NCBI GenBank assembly: GCA_033345235.1
Contig: JAWPOC010000014.1
Coordinates: forward strand, 73,085-137,084
Length of the DNA: 64,000 nt
Direction of reading: 5' to 3'
Source of the DNA: Alphaproteobacteria bacterium
Lineage (GTDB): Bacteria; Pseudomonadota; Alphaproteobacteria; Rs-D84
The notes beneath the pieces were generated by a model. It had not been told where the DNA came from and did not search any database. It saw only the letters and a program-made list of their open reading frames with translations. Positions 42,133 through 51,862 of the stretch are shown piece by piece; within the stretch, counting starts at the first letter, position 1, and every line of letters begins with the position of its first letter. Both the position numbers and the translations under genes were made by a program.

Positions 42133-42582
42133 ATGTCATTGTTTCTCTCATCTTATGAAAATCGTTTGGATACCAAGGGGCGTATATCTGTGCCTGCTTC
42201 ATTTCGTGCGTCTGTTACGAACGAAAACTTTATGGGCGTTGTTTTGTACCGTTCGTTTACAAATAACTGTATCGAAGGTCTGACAATGTCGCGTATGGAG
42301 CAAATGGCATCCGCAGCGGATAAAATCGGCGTTTTCGACACCCAACTAGATGATTTGTCTGCGATGTTGTTTGCTGATGCGCGTCCCTTGACATTTGACG
42401 TAACAGGTCGTATAGTAATTCCATCTGATTTGTTGGCGCACGCTGGTATTACGGACAAGGCTGTATTTGTTGGGCGTGGCAACAGTTTTCAGATATGGAA
42501 TCCTGATTCGTTTCGTGCAGCTCAGGAAAAATCGTTACAAAATCTGCGCGCAGCACGCCCAAATTTAACAATCGCAGATTAA
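42133..42582 (+). CDS. mraZ: transcriptional regulator MraZ
   Basis: It has two SpoVT/AbrB-type halves with LDTKGRISVPASFR and FDVTGRIVIPSDL (DxxGR motifs). A terminator follows at 42585-42622. Confidence 0.8.
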   Translation: MSLFLSSYENRLDTKGRISVPASFRASVTNENFMGVVLYRSFTNNCIEGLTMSRMEQMASAADKIGVFDTQLDDLSAMLFADARPLTFDVTGRIVIPSDLLAHAGITDKAVFVGRGNSFQIWNPDSFRAAQEKSLQNLRAARPNLTIAD

Positions 42583-42623
42583 TCAGTTCCCTTCTTAGTA
42601 AAAGCCCCATCTGGGGCTTGTTT

Positions 42624-43178
42624 TTATAATTGTAACGCTTTGACGGCGTCTTTAAAGTTTTTAGCTTTGTTGCCTTTGGCGTCGATTTCAGAGAATTTGA
42701 TGTTTGGCGCATCGCGCAGCCAGTCAATCGCAGGCATTGTTTCAGTATAGAAATTGTTCAGGCGTCTGTTTATTACATCCATACATTTGTCGTCAGTACG
42801 GTTTTCTTTATCAGCGCGTTTGGTTATGCGCTGAATCAGTAATTCTCTGTCTGCGTATAAATACAAGACGTGTATGTCATAGATTTCCGCATAGTTTGCT
42901 AACAGCCATTTTGCCTGTGATAACTTACGCGGGAATCCATCCAATATAATATTTTGTTTTGGGTTTAATTTAGTGCTTATTATATCGAACAGCAGATTAT
43001 CTGGAACTAAATTGCCATTGGTAATTATTTTGTATATTTCAGATTCAGGTGGCATTGCACGCAACAGTGCACCTGTTTCGATATGTGTAAAGTCATAAGA
43101 ATCCACCAGCATTTTTGCCAGTGAACCTTTGCCAACACCTTGACCGCCCATAATTACAACAAGTTCTTTTTTACTCAT
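42624..43178 (-). CDS. adk: adenylate kinase (short, lid-less form)
   Basis: It has the P-loop GGQGVGKGS, the NMP-binding TGALLR motif and ILDGFPR. Confidence 0.75.
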   Translation of the reverse strand: MSKKELVVIMGGQGVGKGSLAKMLVDSYDFTHIETGALLRAMPPESEIYKIITNGNLVPDNLLFDIISTKLNPKQNIILDGFPRKLSQAKWLLANYAEIYDIHVLYLYADRELLIQRITKRADKENRTDDKCMDVINRRLNNFYTETMPAIDWLRDAPNIKFSEIDAKGNKAKNFKDAVKALQL

Positions 43179-43231
43179 ACGTGGATTATAGCATAAAAAA
43201 AGCCCCCCGACAAGGTCGGGGGAAGGGGAGT

Positions 43232-43984
43232 TTATCTGGATGGTTGTAATAATTGCGAAGTTATTTTTCCTAAGAATTTTGTAAATGTATTAGGTACAAC
43301 AATTTTTTGTTTGTCTTTTGGTTTTTTGTTGTCAGATATAATATCGCCTTGGACGTTACCTGGAACCTTGAAATTTTCAGGTAATTTGTTACCTTTGCAT
43401 ATCATATCGCCATATATCATACTTGGCATATCGTCCAGATTTACAAGCAGGTTATAAGAGCAATCAAATGTAGAGTATACAACATCCAGATGTCCGCCCA
43501 GATTGATTATTTTATTGTTTGAACAATTAAAGCACCCTGTGCATTCAGATGCGCCGTAAGACAAGTCTACTAATTCGTTATAGGAGCAATTAATATCGCC
43601 AGCAACACCATCAGATAAATAACGCAAGTCTTTAATTTTGTTGTGTGAGCAATCTAAACCGTTGCCAATATGCTTTGGAAGGTGGCGCAGGCTTTTAATT
43701 TTGTTGCGTGCGCAATTTAATTTTCCATTAATTTGGTTTGGAATCCCTTTTAATGAGTTTAAAGCATTATTTTGGCACAAGAAATCGCCGTACAATGTTA
43801 CATTTGACATATCTGGTAATTTCTTTAATCCTTTGCTGGATAGGTCAATGTCGCCGAAAATCACTGGATTATCCAATGTTTTTAATTCGTCCAGTGTTAC
43901 TGTTTTAAAATCAATGCTAGACACCAACAATGTTAGTGTTCCAGATACAACAATACCATCTTTGATAACAAATTCATTTCTCAT
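43232..43984 (-). CDS. leucine-rich-repeat protein (7-8 repeats of ~22 aa, LxCSxNKIxxLxxLP), no signal peptide
   Basis: Repeats such as LNCARNKIKSLRHLPKHIGNG, LDCSHNKIKDLRYLSDGVAGD and INCSYNELVDLSYGASECTGC are present. A terminator follows at ~43186-43230. Confidence 0.65.
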   Translation of the reverse strand: MRNEFVIKDGIVVSGTLTLLVSSIDFKTVTLDELKTLDNPVIFGDIDLSSKGLKKLPDMSNVTLYGDFLCQNNALNSLKGIPNQINGKLNCARNKIKSLRHLPKHIGNGLDCSHNKIKDLRYLSDGVAGDINCSYNELVDLSYGASECTGCFNCSNNKIINLGGHLDVVYSTFDCSYNLLVNLDDMPSMIYGDMICKGNKLPENFKVPGNVQGDIISDNKKPKDKQKIVVPNTFTKFLGKITSQLLQPSR

Positions 43985-44105
43985 ATTTTTTCCTCTGTTA
44001 CTACTATATTAGTACAAAAAATACAAATGTCAAGAGGGTGTGGGTTTTTTAGTATAAAAAAACTGCCCATCATATGACGGGCAGAATTTTATATCGACTG
44101 ATATA

Positions 44106-45812
44106 TTATTTTTTACTGTTTTCGATTGCAGCGCCCAAGATATCGCCCAAAACAGAACCGCTGTCTGCTTCGTTTGCGAATTCTTTAACCGCTTGTTTTT
44201 CCAATGTTACCTGCAATGCGCGGATAGACAATTTAACAGTGTTGTCTTCGACGGAAACAACAGATGCTTCGACGGCGTCGCCAACGTTAAATTTGCTTGT
44301 ATCCTGTTCTGATTTTTCGCGTGACAGGTCTGTACGGCGGATGATACCGCGTGCATCGCCTGGCAATGCCAAAATCAGTTCATCAGGTGTAACTTCGGAT
44401 ACAGTACCGCATACCACAGCGCCTTTCTTTAATGCAACAGCGTTGTTTTCTGCGCCTGCAGTCAGTTGTTTGATACCCAATGTAACGCGTTCTTTTTCTG
44501 GATTGATGTCCAAAATTTTTGCAGTTACTTCTTGGCCGCGAACGAATTTTTTCAATTCTTCTTCGTCCAGCTTGTTCCAAGACAAATCAGAGATATGTAC
44601 CATACCGTCTAATTCTGGTGTCAAAGCAACAAACAAACCGAATTCAGTTGTGTTTTTAATTGGGCCTGTGATTACATCGCCAACGTTGTGTGTTTCTGCG
44701 AACTGTTTCCATGGATTTGGTTGCAGTTGTTTATAACCCAACGAGATACGACGTTTGTCTTGATCGATGCCCAGAACAACAACGTTAATATCTTGACCGT
44801 TTTGCAATACTTTGCTTGGGTGGATATTTTTGTTTGTCCAAGACAATTCAGACATATGTACCAGACCTTCGATATTGTTGCCCAAATCGATGAATGCACC
44901 GTAATCTGTCAAAGAAGAAACTTTACCGGATACTGTATCGCCAACATTGAATGCGCGTGATGCAGTTTCCCATGGGTCTTCTTCCAGTTGTTTTGCACCC
45001 AGTGATATACGATGTGATTCTGGGTCGAATTGGATAACTTTGACTTTGATTTTTTCGCCGACATGAACCAATTCACGTGGATGGTTTACACGTTTCCAAG
45101 ACAAGTCTGTTACGTGCAACAAGCCATCAATTCCGCCCAAGTCGATAAATACACCGTAATCAGTGATGTTTTTAACTGTACCTTCGATAACAGCGCCCAA
45201 TTCGATATTTTTCATTGCTTCTTTTTGTGCAGCAGCGATTGTATCAGACTGGATTGCGCGGCGAGATACAATTGCGTTTGTGCGCAATGCATCCATTTTC
45301 AGTACGCGGAATTTGTCTTTCAAGCCAATCAAAGACTTTGCGTCGCGGATTGGTTTATGATCAACCTGTGAAGATGGCATAAATGCGAACACGCCATTGA
45401 TATCAACAGTAAATCCGCCACGTACAACATCGATAATTGTACCTTCGGGGTCGATACCTTCGGCAACTGTCTTTTCCAGTTCTTTCCATGCTTTTTCTGC
45501 ACGTGCCTTTGTATAAGACAGAACTGCTGTACCTTCGCGGGATTCATAGCGTTCAACGAACACGTCAATGATATCGCCAACAGATGGGACAGATGCGCCA
45601 AATTCTTTTAATGGGACGCGACCTTCGGATTTCAAGCCAACATCAACCATTGCGAAATCGCCGCGGATATCTTTAACAGTACCCTTGGTTGCATAGCCCT
45701 GTAATGTTTCCTGAGAACCATAGTTTGCGTCAAACATCTGGACAAAATCTTCGCCAGACAGTGGATTGAATAAATCTTTGGATAAATCTTTCATAAGAAA
45801 AATATTCATCAA
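44106..45812 (-). CDS. rpsA: 30S ribosomal protein S1
   Basis: 568 aa with six S1 domains. Confidence 0.9.
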   Translation of the reverse strand: MMNIFLMKDLSKDLFNPLSGEDFVQMFDANYGSQETLQGYATKGTVKDIRGDFAMVDVGLKSEGRVPLKEFGASVPSVGDIIDVFVERYESREGTAVLSYTKARAEKAWKELEKTVAEGIDPEGTIIDVVRGGFTVDINGVFAFMPSSQVDHKPIRDAKSLIGLKDKFRVLKMDALRTNAIVSRRAIQSDTIAAAQKEAMKNIELGAVIEGTVKNITDYGVFIDLGGIDGLLHVTDLSWKRVNHPRELVHVGEKIKVKVIQFDPESHRISLGAKQLEEDPWETASRAFNVGDTVSGKVSSLTDYGAFIDLGNNIEGLVHMSELSWTNKNIHPSKVLQNGQDINVVVLGIDQDKRRISLGYKQLQPNPWKQFAETHNVGDVITGPIKNTTEFGLFVALTPELDGMVHISDLSWNKLDEEELKKFVRGQEVTAKILDINPEKERVTLGIKQLTAGAENNAVALKKGAVVCGTVSEVTPDELILALPGDARGIIRRTDLSREKSEQDTSKFNVGDAVEASVVSVEDNTVKLSIRALQVTLEKQAVKEFANEADSGSVLGDILGAAIENSKK

Positions 45813-46052
45813 AGCTTGCCACCCTTCGCTGAGTTTTTTTGGTGGTGTGCCACCTAAAATCCTCTCTGGGGGACTTGTGGGGTTAATCGGACTGACTTTG
45901 CGCCCACCCGCAAAATCGTACTGATTATACAGTGTTTTTTGTTTTATGCAAGTAAAAATCTGTATTTGCGGGTTCTAGGAGCAGATTTTACTTGTGTAAT
46001 AACGGTATTTTTTATAGAATATAAGCGACTATTATAATAGACAGGGGACAGC

Positions 46053-46316
46053 GTGAGGGTAATTGTATCGATTTTTGCCATACTGTTATCGGTGCCGGCG
46101 TTTGCTGCCGACCCATTGGATGTTATTATTGATGCGGTTGCCGGCAAGAGTTACGCTGACAACAGTACAAATAACAAGGTTGATGTCCGCGAAGGTACCG
46201 TAAACAATATGCTGGGGCAATATGATGTTGTTAAACCCGGCATAATGACCGTAGAAATGCCGACATTGCCTGAAATATTAATCCTTGAAGAAGTTACAGA
46301 AGAAGCAACTGCATAA
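46053..46316 (+). CDS. small secreted protein, paralog C (divergent)
   Basis: It has a signal peptide MRVIVSIFAILLSVPAFAA. The motif EGTVNNMLGQYDVVKPGIMTVEMPTLPE aligns with EGTNNQMKGIYNVTGSGYMDVPTPDLPD of paralog A. Confidence 0.55.
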   Translation: MRVIVSIFAILLSVPAFAADPLDVIIDAVAGKSYADNSTNNKVDVREGTVNNMLGQYDVVKPGIMTVEMPTLPEILILEEVTEEATA

Positions 46317-46339
46317 AAAAATCCCCTTGTGGGACTTTT

Positions 46340-47296
46340 TTAATGCATACGTGATATTCGTGCCAAGCGAAATTGTGCGATTAGCTTTACAAGTCTCATT
46401 TCTTTGCGGGCGGCGTTTTCGGTATCGTGGTTATTTTTACGCAAGGTAGATTTTTGTATTGTTTGTGCGCGCATAAAATCCCATTTTTCTTGGCGGTGGC
46501 GGTTCAAAGCCTGTTGAAAATTTTCAAATGTTTTTTGTGATGCCAATTCGGTATCTTGCTTTGCCAACAGTTTTTTATATTCTGTGTTATAGTGTTGGCA
46601 GAATGCGCTTATAGATTCGCGGGCTGTTTTATACAGTTTTGCGCGTTCTTTGGCAGCTGTTTTTACAATATCAAATGATGTTGCGATATTATATTCATTC
46701 AGTAACACCATAGAGCCTGATTCCAAGACTTGGTTTACATTGCGTTGTGGCGCACGTACGACGGCGGATGTTTGAACCAGTTTTAACAGTTCTGAATATA
46801 ACTCGTTCAACAAGTTTTGTTGTTGTATCTTGTCTGTTACTGGGTTGCCTTCGATTTTGTATATCACAGAATAGGTTTGCATAACTTGCTGCATAAATTG
46901 CACAGATTTTCCGCGTTCAGGCTTTACGATAAAGTTTTTATCATATGGGTGTCTGTATGCTTTATTTTTGTGATTCAGTACACCATGCAAATATCGTGGT
47001 ATTTTTTTGTATTCTGGGTCACTTGGTATTGTTTGAAACAATGCGCGGGCTGTCCAGTGTATATTATGATGGTTCGGATTGTTTATATATTGTGATTGAG
47101 ATGGGTAATACAGTTGAAATACCTGATAGAAAAATCGCATTACATCCCAAAAGTCAATTTTTGTGTTGGGCACAGATTTTGTTTTAAAAGCAATATCAAA
47201 AAACTCGCGAAAAGTATTTTTAGTATATTCGTCCATATTCGCAGTCAGTTCTGCAAAGATATTTTCTGGGTTTGATAAGTTTAATGTTTGTGTCAT
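46340..47296 (-). CDS. hypothetical protein (318 aa, no signal peptide, helical)
   Basis: The ORF has an RBS. I recognise no motif. Confidence 0.4.
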   Translation of the reverse strand: MTQTLNLSNPENIFAELTANMDEYTKNTFREFFDIAFKTKSVPNTKIDFWDVMRFFYQVFQLYYPSQSQYINNPNHHNIHWTARALFQTIPSDPEYKKIPRYLHGVLNHKNKAYRHPYDKNFIVKPERGKSVQFMQQVMQTYSVIYKIEGNPVTDKIQQQNLLNELYSELLKLVQTSAVVRAPQRNVNQVLESGSMVLLNEYNIATSFDIVKTAAKERAKLYKTARESISAFCQHYNTEYKKLLAKQDTELASQKTFENFQQALNRHRQEKWDFMRAQTIQKSTLRKNNHDTENAARKEMRLVKLIAQFRLARISRMH

Positions 47297-47383
47297 CGGA
47301 TACCTTGTTATCAGCCTAAAGATAATACATAAACGTAAATATGCAACAAAAAACCGCCATTTGGCGGTTTTTTATATTTTTAC

Positions 47384-48691
47384 TTATCTGACGGCGGCTT
47401 GTTTAAACAATTCGTCTGCAGATACTTTTTTTTCTTTTGTTTTGACGTGTGTCAGCATTGCGTCCAACGCCTTGCGTTCAAACAGCATGCCGCGCAACAT
47501 TGCCAATGCATTTTGGTTTTTGTTATAGAATTCAAAGACCTGTTTTGGATCTGGGTATCTGGATGCTTCGGCCCAGATTGCCTGTTGCAAATCTTCGCGT
47601 GAAATTTCGACTTTGTTTTGTGTGCCCCATTCGGCCAAGATAAGTCCTAATTTAACGCGGCGTTCTGCGTCTTTGCGTTCTTGTTTTTCGTCCCATTTAT
47701 GTTCGCATTTTTCATCGTGGCAATGTGAGTGTGCACGATCGAATTCAGATTTTGCCATTTCCAATTCTTGGGTGACCAAAGATTCTGGCAAATCTAATTT
47801 AACTTTATCTGCCAAAGCGTCCAACAATTCGTTACGCATTTCACGTTGTGCTGCATCAGCATATTGTTCATTCAAGATATTGCGAATATGTTGTTTTAAC
47901 GCATCTACAGATTCTTGACCGACTGTTTTTGCCAATTCGTCATTTAATTCAGGCAGTATATGTTTGCGAATTTCGTGTACTTCGACAGCAAAGCGTGCAT
48001 CTTTACCGGCCAAGTTTTCTGCATGATAATCAGATGGGAATTTAACATTTACATCAAATTTATCACCGATTTTGTGACCGATAATTTGATCTTCGAACCC
48101 AGGGATAAAAGAACCAGAGCCCAAGATTAAGTGATGTTTTTTTGCGGCGCCGCCTTCGAACGCTTCGTCACCGACAAATCCTGTAAAGTCGATAACTGCG
48201 ACGTCACCATTTGCGGCCTTGTACTTTTCGTCTTGTTTTTCTGCGACGCTGCGGCTTTTGCGGATGTTTTCCAGTGCTGTATCAACTTCTTTTTCATCCA
48301 AGTCGGCAACTTTCTTTGTAACTGTGATTTTAGACAAATCGATTTCAGGCAAAGTTGGCAATATATCAAATTCCAAAGAATATTCGGCATCTTTACCGAT
48401 TTCCCAACCGGCCAAGTCAGCTTTTGGCGCACCGGCCAGACGGATTTTTTTATCTGCGACGTATGCGTCTAAATCTTTGTTCATTAATTTATCAATGGCT
48501 TCGCCATATGCAGACGCGTTATATTTCTGGCGCAGTATGGACAAAGGCACCTTGCCGGCGCGAAAACCGGCCATTTTTACTTTTTTGCCATATTCCAGCA
48601 AAATTTCATCAGCGACCGCCTGTAATTCGGATGTGGCCAGTGTGCCATTAACGACGTAATGTAAATCTTTGATTTTTTCTTTTGTGAACAT
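47384..48691 (-). CDS. tig: trigger factor
   Basis: It has an N-terminal ribosome-binding domain (GFRAGKVP) and a PPIase domain. It is 435 aa. A terminator follows at 47343-47378. Confidence 0.9.
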   Translation of the reverse strand: MFTKEKIKDLHYVVNGTLATSELQAVADEILLEYGKKVKMAGFRAGKVPLSILRQKYNASAYGEAIDKLMNKDLDAYVADKKIRLAGAPKADLAGWEIGKDAEYSLEFDILPTLPEIDLSKITVTKKVADLDEKEVDTALENIRKSRSVAEKQDEKYKAANGDVAVIDFTGFVGDEAFEGGAAKKHHLILGSGSFIPGFEDQIIGHKIGDKFDVNVKFPSDYHAENLAGKDARFAVEVHEIRKHILPELNDELAKTVGQESVDALKQHIRNILNEQYADAAQREMRNELLDALADKVKLDLPESLVTQELEMAKSEFDRAHSHCHDEKCEHKWDEKQERKDAERRVKLGLILAEWGTQNKVEISREDLQQAIWAEASRYPDPKQVFEFYNKNQNALAMLRGMLFERKALDAMLTHVKTKEKKVSADELFKQAAVR

Positions 48692-48915
48692 ATGTTTTTC
48701 CCTATTGTAAATTAAAATGCCAGATGATTATACAATGTTTTAAAATGAAAGCAATAATAAAAAAATCCCCTGTTTGGTGACAAGTGACTGGTGTAAGTAA
48801 AGGATGGTTTTTCTTTTTTTTTTGTCATCTCTGTGCCCCCCTTTTTTTTAATATATGAAAATTGTTCAAGAATAAACTTTAAAAAAATCCCCCAAACGGG
48901 GGATGATTTAAATGA

Positions 48916-51678
48916 TTAGGGCATCGTTGCTTCGCCTCCAACAAGATCTTCTCTGTTTGTCTCGCCTGCTTCAACCTTCGGTGTATCTGGATTGACCACC
49001 CCCCCTCCTGCAACTGTTTTTGGGATGCAGGTATTAGTAAATTCGTTCAGCTCATACCCAGAATTACACTTAATTTTCGCGGTCAAGGTTGCGCCTGCGG
49101 TTAATTGTTTGTTTGTGAAATAACCTTGTTCATCCACGTAACAATTGTCTCTAGCGTCGCAATACCCTTCAAAAGATCCGTTGGCAACAACATTTGTTGG
49201 GACAGTTACCTTGTTTATTTTTGATGTACAAGTAGCATTTGAATGGTATGCATCCGTATTCAAATGATAGTAAATAGTTTGTGCGTTTGTGTCGCCTGAT
49301 TTTGCTTGTAACTCAACCGCTACGCATTTGCCTGATTCTGCGATACACGTTTTGCTGTTGGCGGTATAACCGTCAATGCATTCAAAACCGTCATCGGTGA
49401 GTTCAGCATAATCAACTGGTTCACATGAGGAGCCTGTGTTTGTCGACAAATTCGGGCATTTGCATTCATAGTTATTCATATTGAATGTGCCACCACTGGT
49501 TTCGCAACGTTTTTGCAAGCTGTCCTCGGACACATAGATAACTTGTGTGTTATGCACCCATTCACGCATAGATGCAGGTGTTGGTTCAGTTGATGCCGCG
49601 CCATTTACAGACATACATGTTGTAATCTGTGCTTTACATGCGTTAACTGCGATATTGCTCTTTGGTGAAGAACCGTTTTCCCAATCGTAATTGTTATTCT
49701 GCAGGCACTTTGTAACGTCGGTGATACATTCTTCGGCGTGTTCTGCCAACAGGTTATCTTGCGCAACCTTTATCTTGGTCAATGTGCGTTGCAAGTATTC
49801 TTTGATAACACGATTGTCTGGCATATATTCTTCGCCATCTTCGTCAAATGTGTATGCCTGACATGTTTTTAAATGGTCGGCGCACATACCATAACTTTTA
49901 CCATCCTCGCCGATATAGCCAATCTTGTTTTGCAAGAATTTTGCCATATTTGTTTCTGTGCCTATATTTTCATCTGTTATGGTTTCATTGATATATTCTG
50001 TTAATGTGCCACTTACCCATGGGGATTCGTTGTTGCCGTACGCCCATGTTTTATACAGACCGGTTTCCCATTGGATAGGTTTTGATTTTAAGTCTGTGCC
50101 ATCTTCAACCGCATATCCTGGGGTTGAACCGACAACCAATTCGCCATCAACGATATATTTACCTGTTGGATCCAGACAGTATTCGTAATCAGCCCCACAG
50201 ATAAATTCGTCTTGCATACATGAATCCAACGCGTTTATACAACCGCGCAAGTCATTAGAATTCTTGTTACGAGAAATGCCAACACGCGCATTTTGCAGTG
50301 CGACTTCGGCGACCAAAACACGGTTCTTCATTTCTTCGTTTTTCTCTTCCAGCAAGCGTTCGTATGCGATACAGTCTTTGTCAATCGCGATATCGTATGA
50401 ATTTGTGATAACTGCGATATCAACACCCTTGGATTGTGCTTCGTTTAACACAGCGGCCTTGCAACGTGCACTGGCTGTTTTGTACAGCTGTTCCCCACGT
50501 TGGTTGTTAATGCTGCTGGTGTCAGCGGTGTTGGTGCTGGTACCGAACAGGTTAAATCCACCCAATAATCCATCAAGCCCTTCGCCATTCAGTAATGCAG
50601 ATGGGTTAAAGAACGATGTGGTGGTTGTGTTTGTGTATGTTGCAGACGAACTGGCCTTTGGTGTTTCGATTTCACGCATTGATTTTCTGACCGCTTCGAT
50701 ATCAGCAGCCAAATCAGAATTGTCGGTTTTACCGCTCATCGCTAATTCAGCACCTGTTTCTTCGAATATCGCTTCGATATCAGATGGATCCAGTTCCAAG
50801 TAACTTAATTTAATAACTGCGTCAATATATTCGTCGTTTGCGACTTTCAGTGCATTTTCAATTTCTGCATAACTTTTGATGTTCTTTGAACAAGTACAAC
50901 GATTTTGTTGATCGTCCAGTTTGTTACAATAGTTATCCATACAGTTTTGATAACGTTCTTTGTAAACCGTTGTCAAAGATTCCATATATTCCAGCTGTTC
51001 TGCTGTTGTAATTGCATCTTCGGCAGAAACACTGGTGGTTACACTGCTTGTAGTTGCGCCGGCAGATGGCGAGCGCGCCATAACCGCCGAAGAACGTGTG
51101 CTGACGCGGCCGGTGTACAATGGTGTGTTAACAGTGTCTGTTTGAACCAGTGAACCTGCGCGTGCAGTTCTGGCACCACCTGTTGTTGTCGCAGCACGAC
51201 GAGCCGCCGTAACCGTAGATGGTGTCGTCGCAGATGTTGCTGCCGCGCGTACAGGACGCAATACTAAACGATTCGATGTTGCCGCACGTGATGATGTAGC
51301 GCCTGCGCGGGATGTGGTTGCACGTGGTGTAACCGTTGCAGTGCGTGGTGCGACCCCTGTGCGTGCAGTTGTTGCCGCACGCGATGCGGTTGCAGTACGT
51401 GTACTGACGTTGCGTGTGCTGGCATTACGTGTGTTGCCAGTCGCAGAATTTGTGTTCGGGATATTTCTGGCCGCTGCGCGTCCGCCAACAGTTGAACGTG
51501 GGCTGACACTGGATGGTTGGGCAACCGGTTGCACAACCGCAGGCGATGTTTCTGCAGCATTTGCATCCGAAATTTCATCTTCGGCGTATTCTATAATTTC
51601 GTCATAGTAAATCGGCGCAACCTCAGCAAATGCGGGCAAAACCAACAGACTACTTAATACTGCAACAAATCTTTTCAT
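48916..51678 (-). CDS. large secreted Cys-rich protein (920 aa) with N-terminal Arg/Ala/Thr/Ser low-complexity region
   Basis: It has a signal peptide MKRFVAVLSSLLVLPAFA. About 150 aa of (R/A/T/S)n repeats follow. It contains about 45 Cys, including repeated C-x-(S/D)GY-x-L modules near the C-terminus (CNSGYELNEFTNTC, CIDGYTANSKTC). A terminator follows at 48885-48912. Confidence 0.6.
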   Translation of the reverse strand: MKRFVAVLSSLLVLPAFAEVAPIYYDEIIEYAEDEISDANAAETSPAVVQPVAQPSSVSPRSTVGGRAAARNIPNTNSATGNTRNASTRNVSTRTATASRAATTARTGVAPRTATVTPRATTSRAGATSSRAATSNRLVLRPVRAAATSATTPSTVTAARRAATTTGGARTARAGSLVQTDTVNTPLYTGRVSTRSSAVMARSPSAGATTSSVTTSVSAEDAITTAEQLEYMESLTTVYKERYQNCMDNYCNKLDDQQNRCTCSKNIKSYAEIENALKVANDEYIDAVIKLSYLELDPSDIEAIFEETGAELAMSGKTDNSDLAADIEAVRKSMREIETPKASSSATYTNTTTTSFFNPSALLNGEGLDGLLGGFNLFGTSTNTADTSSINNQRGEQLYKTASARCKAAVLNEAQSKGVDIAVITNSYDIAIDKDCIAYERLLEEKNEEMKNRVLVAEVALQNARVGISRNKNSNDLRGCINALDSCMQDEFICGADYEYCLDPTGKYIVDGELVVGSTPGYAVEDGTDLKSKPIQWETGLYKTWAYGNNESPWVSGTLTEYINETITDENIGTETNMAKFLQNKIGYIGEDGKSYGMCADHLKTCQAYTFDEDGEEYMPDNRVIKEYLQRTLTKIKVAQDNLLAEHAEECITDVTKCLQNNNYDWENGSSPKSNIAVNACKAQITTCMSVNGAASTEPTPASMREWVHNTQVIYVSEDSLQKRCETSGGTFNMNNYECKCPNLSTNTGSSCEPVDYAELTDDGFECIDGYTANSKTCIAESGKCVAVELQAKSGDTNAQTIYYHLNTDAYHSNATCTSKINKVTVPTNVVANGSFEGYCDARDNCYVDEQGYFTNKQLTAGATLTAKIKCNSGYELNEFTNTCIPKTVAGGGVVNPDTPKVEAGETNREDLVGGEATMP

Positions 51679-51862
51679 AGAAAAATCTCCCTTTCAATTA
51701 TGTTTATTTTATCACATAAGCAAAAATATTACAAACGAAAAAATGAGTATATCGAATGTGTTTTGGTATAAATTCCTAAAACGTTAAAAAATATAATGAA
51801 TTTTCTTGCGGGGTATTGTCTTTTGATTTATAATCGCAGACGAAACGCAAAAAGGAAAGATT

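Noticed and set aside
51264-51607. His/Gln-rich and Arg/Val/Ala-rich ORFs antisense to, or frame-shifted within, the 920-aa gene
   Set aside because: They are generated by the GC-rich short tandem repeats encoding the R/A/T/S tract. The long minus-strand ORF with signal peptide and terminator is the real gene.
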